Shown here: positions 58,218-64,000 of the stretch, piece by piece
Numbering within the stretch: position 1 is the first letter of the stretch
Layout: the number at the start of each line of letters is the position of its first letter
Made by a program: the position numbers and the translations under genes
Notes under the pieces: model-generated
Told to the model about the DNA's origin: nothing
What the model saw: only the letters and a program-made list of their open reading frames with translations
Databases searched by the model: none
Source of the DNA: Candidatus Woesearchaeota archaeon
GTDB taxonomy: Archaea; Nanobdellota; Nanobdellia; Woesearchaeales; JABIAG01
Assembly (NCBI GenBank): GCA_018653365.1
Contig: JABIAG010000001.1
Coordinates: 260,772-324,771 of the forward strand
Reading direction: 5' to 3'
Length of the DNA: 64,000 nucleotides

Positions 58218-59144
58218 ATGGTATTGGAATGGTTAACACAACTACTTAGTTCGCATCCTGTTGCACCTAAATTAGCCTACATCTTAGTACTATTACTATT
58301 CGCAGTCTTTGGAGTTAAAATCATTGACAAACTAACTCGAAGAATGAAATCCAAGTTCGGAGACAAAATGGAATTCAAAGTTGTCTCAGGATTAATGCAA
58401 GTAATATTCCTAGCAGTAATTATTGTAATAATGCTAGCACAAATTGGAGTATCACAAGACTTCTTAAAATTCTTAGGCTGGATCATAACAGGAATTGTAG
58501 CATTCTCATCCCAATCACTAATCGCAAACATAGTATCAAGTTTCATACTCCACATTACAAGACCATTTTATAAAGGAGACATAATAAAAATTGGGGATGT
58601 TGTAGGTAAAGTAATTAGCGTAAAATCAGTTTATACAGAAATTTACACTTTCAAAAAAACAAGAATAGAAGTACCCAATGCAACCTTCATAAAAGATAAC
58701 GTAATCAATTATTCTGCAGAAGGATTTAGAATCATCATCCCAATAAGCCTAGGATACGGAATAAACAGAATAAAAGCAGAAGACGCACTATTAAGAGCAG
58801 CAAAAATTAACAAGTTAGAAGACGTATTTGTAGCAATAACAAAATTAGACAACAGTTTCGTAGTATACGAACTTAATGGAACTTCTAGAGAGGCAGAAGG
58901 ACTACCATTCATAGAATCACAACTAAACAAAACAATAATTGACGAATTTAACACAATGAACGTAGAAATAGCATCACCAATGCTAATAACACACCAAAAA
59001 ACAGGAAAGCTAATCGCAAAAACCAATAAAAACTTAATGCGAAGAAAAGAAAAAGAAGACAAACAAAAAATCCAAAAACTAATCAAAGATACTTTCGAAA
59101 CTGAAAAAGGAAAAAAGAAAGTGAAAAGGAAGAGTAAAAAGTAA
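58218..59144 (+). CDS. mechanosensitive ion channel, MscS family
   Basis: 3 TM helices, then GDIIKIGDVVGKVISVKSVYTEIYTFKKTRIEVPN beta domain. Confidence 0.75.
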   Translation: MVLEWLTQLLSSHPVAPKLAYILVLLLFAVFGVKIIDKLTRRMKSKFGDKMEFKVVSGLMQVIFLAVIIVIMLAQIGVSQDFLKFLGWIITGIVAFSSQSLIANIVSSFILHITRPFYKGDIIKIGDVVGKVISVKSVYTEIYTFKKTRIEVPNATFIKDNVINYSAEGFRIIIPISLGYGINRIKAEDALLRAAKINKLEDVFVAITKLDNSFVVYELNGTSREAEGLPFIESQLNKTIIDEFNTMNVEIASPMLITHQKTGKLIAKTNKNLMRRKEKEDKQKIQKLIKDTFETEKGKKKVKRKSKK

Positions 59145-59178
59145 ACCTTTTTAAACAAAATTTGAGTAAATAATTCTT

Positions 59179-60285
59179 ATGCCAACAATGTATCAAACAA
59201 AGTCATCAGATTTTGATGGCAGAATAGCAGAGATAGAAGCAGAGATATCTAAAACAAAATATAATAAGAAAACACAACACCATATTGGCCTGCTAAAAGC
59301 AAGAATCGCAGAACTAAAAGACAAAGCAGCATCAAGACAAAAATCAGGCGGAACAGGCTACACAATTAAAAAATCAGGAGATGCAACCGTAGCACTACTT
59401 GGATTTCCCTCAGTAGGTAAGTCAACACTACTAAACGCAATCACAAACGCAGTTTCTAAAATTGGAGCATATGACTTTACAACATTAGATGTAATTCCAG
59501 GATTACTTAACTATGAAAACGCCAAAATCCAAATATTTGACGTACCAGGAATAGTAAAAGGCGCAGCAGATGGTTCAGGTAGAGGAAAAGAAGTACTAGC
59601 AGCAATACGATCAGCAGAATTAATAATGGTAGTGGTAGACTGGCAAAAACCAAAACAATACAAACATATCATGCAAGAAGTATGGGACACAGGAATACGA
59701 TTAAACCAGCAATTTCCAGATGTTAAATTTAAAAAGATGGGTGAGGGCGGAATAGACCTAGCAGCAACATGTAAACTAAAGAAGATGACTAAAGCAACAA
59801 TAAAAGAAATGCTTAGAGAAATGGGTATAATGAACTGTCAGATGGTAATCCGAGAGGACATAAACGACGATCAACTAATAGATGTAGTAAAAGGCAACAG
59901 AATGTACATTCCAGGATTAATAATAATAAACAAAGCAGATCTTAATCCAGAAAAAGCAAAAGCAATTAAGAAAAAACTAAAAGGAGATATACTAATTTCA
60001 GCAGATAAAAAAGAGGGGTTAGACCAACTTAAAGAACTAATATTCAAAAAGTTAAGACTAATTAGAGTCTACTTAAAAGAACAAGGAAAAGAGGCAGATC
60101 TAAACGAACCAATGATAATGCGAGAAGGAACAACAGTAAGAACAGTATGCGAAAAAATACATAGAAACTTCTTAAGTAAATTTAAGTGCGCAAAAGTATG
60201 GGGAAGTTCAAAATTCCCAGGACAAATATATGGACTAGACAAAGAAATAAAAGACAAAGATGTTGTTGAAGTACACTTAGATTAA
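59179..60285 (+). CDS. developmentally regulated GTP-binding protein (DRG, Obg family with TGS domain)
   Basis: VALLGFPSVGKSTLLN G1 motif, DVPGIVKGA, NKADL and a C-terminal TGS-like domain. Confidence 0.8.
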   Translation: MPTMYQTKSSDFDGRIAEIEAEISKTKYNKKTQHHIGLLKARIAELKDKAASRQKSGGTGYTIKKSGDATVALLGFPSVGKSTLLNAITNAVSKIGAYDFTTLDVIPGLLNYENAKIQIFDVPGIVKGAADGSGRGKEVLAAIRSAELIMVVVDWQKPKQYKHIMQEVWDTGIRLNQQFPDVKFKKMGEGGIDLAATCKLKKMTKATIKEMLREMGIMNCQMVIREDINDDQLIDVVKGNRMYIPGLIIINKADLNPEKAKAIKKKLKGDILISADKKEGLDQLKELIFKKLRLIRVYLKEQGKEADLNEPMIMREGTTVRTVCEKIHRNFLSKFKCAKVWGSSKFPGQIYGLDKEIKDKDVVEVHLD

Positions 60286-60305
60286 TTGAGTATGTTTTTT
60301 AAAAT

Positions 60306-60581
60306 TTAAATCCTTCTATGACAATGATGACAGAATTTAATATGCGGGTGATTCCAGGCTTTGCAATGACTACATTTAACATATTTGTTATCTGAACTAA
60401 CCTCCCTAGGACTTCTTGGGGTATCAAGTTCTTTTACTGGTTTGTTACCAATAAACTTAATTATACCAATAAACATAAAGACAATACCTACTGCAACAAA
60501 TAATGTAAGTTGATCATTAAACGCAGAAATGATTGTAACAGCTAAACCAACAACAATGTAAACTAATGCATGTAGTTTCAT
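60306..60581 (-). CDS. small membrane protein with C-terminal zinc ribbon
   Basis: Two TM helices, then CSHCKAWNHPHIKFCHHCHRRI. Confidence 0.45.
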   Translation of the reverse strand: MKLHALVYIVVGLAVTIISAFNDQLTLFVAVGIVFMFIGIIKFIGNKPVKELDTPRSPREVSSDNKYVKCSHCKAWNHPHIKFCHHCHRRI

Positions 60582-60616
60582 GGTATGTATATTAGAAAAG
60601 TCTTATTTAAATGTTT

Positions 60617-61891
60617 TTAATTTAATCCAATAGTTTTCTTACCATTCATATAAGGCTGTAATACTTCGGGAATGTCAATAGTACCATTCTTATTTTGATA
60701 TTGTTCAATAATAGCAGCCAAAGCTCTTGAGGTAGCAACACAGGTACTATTCAACGTATGAAGTGTTTTGTTACCATCACTACTTCTGTACCTTATACCT
60801 AATCTTGTGGCTTGATAAGCAGTACAATTAGAACATGATACAACTTCCTTGTAAGTTTTTAATGAAGGTATCCAGGCTTCTAAATCAAATTTCTTAGCAG
60901 CAACAGTACCCATATCTGCAGTACAAATGCTAACAACTCTAAAATGAAGTTTTAAACTAGTAAAAAAATCTTTAGCATTATTTAAAAGATCGTCATGAAA
61001 CTTTTCCGATTCTTCAGGTTTACATAAAACAATTTGTTCAACTTTAGTAAATTGATGAACTCTCCAAATACCTTTATCACCCTGGTGAGCGCCAACCTCT
61101 CTTCTAAAACAATGACTCAATCCAACCATTTTAATTGGAAGTTGTTTTTCCTCTAAAATCTCATTCATATACATTGCAGTAAGCGGATGTTCAGAGGTAG
61201 CAATCATGTAAAAATTATCCGGTTGAACATTATACATAACATTCTCAAAATCATCAAGATCAGTAACACCCTCATACGCTTTACGATTCATCATATGCGG
61301 AGGAATGATAAGTTCAAAATCTTTTTTAGTCATAAAATCAACAGCATACCTTTGTAATGCAAGATCTAATAGTGCTAAATCCCCTTTTAGGAAGTAAAAC
61401 CTTGCTCCTGTAATTTTAGCTGCACGTTCAAGATCAGCAAGATCTAGTTTTTCAACTAATTCCGCATGAGATATTGGTTCAAAATCAAATTCGGGTTTAG
61501 GATTGATTTGCTCAACTTCAACATTTTCTTCCTCTGTTTCACCAATAGGAACAGACTCATCAAGAATATTGGGAAGACGCATAAGTTTGCTCTTTATATT
61601 CGAAAGAAGTTTTTCTACTTTAGTCTCAATTTCATTAAGTTTTTTAGGAATCTCTTTAGCTTCTTGCATTAGGGCATCAACATTTTCACCCTTTTTCTTA
61701 CCCTCACTAACCTTTTTAGAAACTTCATTACGTTTTTGTCTAAGTGCTTGAGAATCATTTAATAACGTTCTATACTCCTCATCATCATGAAGAATTTCAT
61801 CAACCCAGGTTTTTTTTTCAAAATCTCTACGTTTTTCTAGATCATTCCGAATAACATCTGGATTCTCTCTTAGGTACTTTAGGTCTATCAT
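60617..61891 (-). CDS. serS: seryl-tRNA synthetase
   Basis: N-terminal coiled coil plus class II aaRS motifs (FRRE, GLSHCFRRE... motif 2/3 region). Confidence 0.9.
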   Translation of the reverse strand: MIDLKYLRENPDVIRNDLEKRRDFEKKTWVDEILHDDEEYRTLLNDSQALRQKRNEVSKKVSEGKKKGENVDALMQEAKEIPKKLNEIETKVEKLLSNIKSKLMRLPNILDESVPIGETEEENVEVEQINPKPEFDFEPISHAELVEKLDLADLERAAKITGARFYFLKGDLALLDLALQRYAVDFMTKKDFELIIPPHMMNRKAYEGVTDLDDFENVMYNVQPDNFYMIATSEHPLTAMYMNEILEEKQLPIKMVGLSHCFRREVGAHQGDKGIWRVHQFTKVEQIVLCKPEESEKFHDDLLNNAKDFFTSLKLHFRVVSICTADMGTVAAKKFDLEAWIPSLKTYKEVVSCSNCTAYQATRLGIRYRSSDGNKTLHTLNSTCVATSRALAAIIEQYQNKNGTIDIPEVLQPYMNGKKTIGLN

Positions 61892-61933
61892 AGAATAGTG
61901 AGATAAGAAGGTATTTATATATTTTTTGAGTAA

Positions 61934-62545
61934 TTATACTCCATCAACAAAGATTAAATCATCTGGCCAATCTTTTTTAATTCTTCCTTTATCCATATTG
62001 TGGGCAGGCATGTAATTATGATGAACTCGGAGGAGTTTAGTTAGGGAGGTTGTGCTAACACGACGAATGCAATCTTTGCCTAACTTAGTTCTTAAATAAG
62101 GCACAATTTTAGCATTGAATTCTTCAATTAGTTCTTCAGCATCTTTAGCATCTAGAGCAATAATTAAAGATAAATGGCCTCCTGAATCCCCTAAATAAGC
62201 AAAACTGATATATTTAGAATTAAGCAATCTCCATTTAGCATCACTTTCTAATTTTTCAATATATTCTTTTCTGCTAATTCCAATTTTAAATTGAATTATA
62301 AATAATTTTTTAGCACCAAAAATTTCCATTCCAAATTCTCCTTTATCCAATGAAGTATAATAACGAAGAACTTTTTCATCCTCTAATTTCTTTCGTCTCC
62401 GATTAACAGTCATAACCGGAATGCTGGTTTTTTTAGAAATTTCACTGTCTGAAGCACGAGCATTTCGTATAAGCTCTTTAACAATCTTTTGTTCAATTTT
62501 GTCTAATTTTACCATTTTATCTTTTTTTTTGGTTGTTCTTACCAT
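61934..62545 (-). CDS. Lrp/AsnC-like HTH transcriptional regulator
   Basis: IEQKIVKELIRNARASDSEISKKTSIPVMTVNRRRKKLE HTH_AsnC-type pattern. Confidence 0.55.
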   Translation of the reverse strand: MVRTTKKKDKMVKLDKIEQKIVKELIRNARASDSEISKKTSIPVMTVNRRRKKLEDEKVLRYYTSLDKGEFGMEIFGAKKLFIIQFKIGISRKEYIEKLESDAKWRLLNSKYISFAYLGDSGGHLSLIIALDAKDAEELIEEFNAKIVPYLRTKLGKDCIRRVSTTSLTKLLRVHHNYMPAHNMDKGRIKKDWPDDLIFVDGV

Positions 62546-62591
62546 AATTGTGGAGTAAAGTATATAAAGGTTTGTTTTAACTTTTTATTAG

Positions 62592-63353
62592 ATGACTTGG
62601 TTGGCGGAAGCTGAAAGAGATGAACTTGGACTTGAACAAGAATTAACGCAAGAAGAACTTAGTTTACATCATATCCCTCCTGAGCAAAGACCTTCAGAAC
62701 TAGTTTTTTTATTAGAGGATTTTCTTAAACATTTTCAATTAGGTGATGAAGTTCCTGTGAGTTCGGATCTTGGAAATGTTGTAACCGTTGCTTATGAAGG
62801 GGGAATGAAACATTGTTTCTTACATTATGATGCTGAAGATCCAAGACGCGTTTTGACTTATAATGCCCAGGGCGAGAGAGACGCGCGTGTAATCCCTGCG
62901 TTTATTTGTTGTCAGGATTTAATGATGGATGACGAATTATTAGCAAGATATGGGGTGGTGGTAACACGAAAAGATGCACAAGGATTTAATCCCCATTTTT
63001 ATGAACATGCACTTATTTTAAGTAAATGTGGTGAGGGCAATTTAAGAACTAGTATTTCTTTTGAGGGTTTAAGTCATCCAACTGGAACAAGCATGGCAAT
63101 GGATGAATTAACCCTAGCAACGCAAGTAACTGAACGATTAGGTCAAGCATACGGGGTTGATGCAAAACATTTTATTGCATTTGAGGTAATGCGGGATCAA
63201 TATTATCTAGGAGAACAATTACGTCGGACGATTGCAATTTCAGAGGCATTTGATCATTATTTACTCACGTATGCAAATGGTGCAAGATGTCTAATTCAAA
63301 AATACAAACCCGAAATAATGCAAGAAGTTGAAGAACACTCAAAAGTTGCATGA
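62592..63353 (+). CDS. hypothetical protein (Lys-poor)
   Basis: 253-aa ORF with atypical composition. Confidence 0.4.
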   Translation: MTWLAEAERDELGLEQELTQEELSLHHIPPEQRPSELVFLLEDFLKHFQLGDEVPVSSDLGNVVTVAYEGGMKHCFLHYDAEDPRRVLTYNAQGERDARVIPAFICCQDLMMDDELLARYGVVVTRKDAQGFNPHFYEHALILSKCGEGNLRTSISFEGLSHPTGTSMAMDELTLATQVTERLGQAYGVDAKHFIAFEVMRDQYYLGEQLRRTIAISEAFDHYLLTYANGARCLIQKYKPEIMQEVEEHSKVA

Positions 63354-63370
63354 TTATTTCTTAAGAATAA
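63353..63370. repeat. 18-bp direct repeat copy 1 (ATTATTTCTTAAGAATAA)
   Basis: Exact copy of 63888..63905. Contains the palindrome TTCTTAAGAA. Confidence 0.4.
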
Positions 63371-63408
63371 CAGAAAACAATTTAAATCAAGTTTTATTGA
63401 TAAACTGA

Positions 63409-63888
63409 ATGTACTGTTTAAGAAAAAAATTAGCAATTGGCGTTGTTGGAATGGCTGTAGCAGCAACACTTGCTCTTTATTGTACGGCAAATAAACATCC
63501 AAATCCCTTGGTGAGACGATCAGTTGAATTAAATGAGCAAATGGGATTATTTGCCCCCCTTTATCTAAAACGATTCAATTCAAAAGTTCTCGAACAAAGA
63601 GCAGCAATGTTTAAAGAACAAGCAGAACTATCAAAAGACCCAAAAATAAGAAGGGCAGCAATAATAAACAGACACAAAAATGTATTGGGCGGTATGTTGG
63701 CAGGAGGCCTTTTTGCTCTTTCAGCCAGTTACGCTTTAAACAATATACGATTGGGAAAAAGACCTGGTGTGACTCCTGAAGGTGGTGAAGCATATGCTGG
63801 AGAAGATTGTGGCGATTTGCCTCCAAGTTCCGAACCAGCTAAACCACAACCTAGATCTGAAACCTGGTTGGAACGCAATTTTATTTAA
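63409..63888 (+). CDS. hypothetical membrane/secreted protein (Lys-poor)
   Basis: 159-aa ORF with an N-terminal hydrophobic segment. Flanked by 18-bp direct repeats. Confidence 0.4.
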   Translation: MYCLRKKLAIGVVGMAVAATLALYCTANKHPNPLVRRSVELNEQMGLFAPLYLKRFNSKVLEQRAAMFKEQAELSKDPKIRRAAIINRHKNVLGGMLAGGLFALSASYALNNIRLGKRPGVTPEGGEAYAGEDCGDLPPSSEPAKPQPRSETWLERNFI

Positions 63889-63905
63889 TTATTTCTTAAG
63901 AATAA
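63888..63905. repeat. 18-bp direct repeat copy 2 (ATTATTTCTTAAGAATAA)
   Basis: Exact copy of 63353..63370. On the minus strand it encodes the last codons (...ILKK*) of the partial gene at the window end. Confidence 0.4.
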
Positions 63906-64000
63906 TAATCTCTTCATTTTTTCTTAAAGCAGTAGAAAGTTTTTCACCAAGTCTACCCTTCTTGTTTAAACGTACAGTAGCTTTTTTACCAGTTGTAGCA
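63889..64000 (-). CDS. partial CDS (C-terminal 37 codons; start beyond window)
   Basis: Minus-strand frame open to the window edge and ending ...ATTGKKATVRLNKKGRLGEKLSTALRKNEEIIILKK*. Confidence 0.4.
   Translation of the reverse strand, partial: ATTGKKATVRLNKKGRLGEKLSTALRKNEEIIILKK

Overview
This window is an AT-rich archaeal chromosomal segment, judged archaeal from the L37ae-RpoP-Pcc1-prefoldin and L7Ae-S28e-L24e-Ndk-aEF2-EF1alpha-S10 clusters, two intron-containing tRNAs and FtsZ. The small Lys/Asn-rich proteins with Shine-Dalgarno-like GGAGG motifs look like a DPANN-like lineage, although the SD usage was seen at only some start sites. I could not run any homology search, so every product call rests on motifs read directly from the ORF translations.

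Gene content in order:
- a Liv-type ABC transporter operon with three substrate-binding paralogs, flanked by two TrmB-like regulators;
- the L37ae/RpoP/Pcc1/PfdB cluster, followed by an intron-containing tRNA-Pro;
- a roughly 11 kb minus-strand surface-glycan cluster from 13.8 to 24.7 kb (XPD helicase, GalU-like, WbpB/D/E-like diacetamido-sugar enzymes, a B12 radical SAM protein, a GT4 glycosyltransferase, a Wzy-like membrane protein);
- RecJ/GAN-like DHH protein, S15, G6PD (zwf), a tRNA-Gln with intron and encoded CCA, diphthine synthase, a bacterial-type Csp with an acidic repeat tail, FtsZ, ATP-dependent DNA ligase, class II FBA plus a PfkB kinase, the translation-factor cluster, MscS, DRG and SerS.

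The most notable pattern is a set of about 14 genes whose proteins are Arg/Gln/Ala-rich and Lys-poor, interleaved among typical Lys-rich host genes. This set includes an orphan CARF-HEPN (Csx1-like) protein next to the 3' end of tRNA-Gln with no cas genes or CRISPR array in the window, and a YhcC/Elp3-like radical SAM gene (CX11CX2C) coupled to a 444-aa unknown protein and a nitroreductase. No CRISPR array, transposase or integrase was seen.
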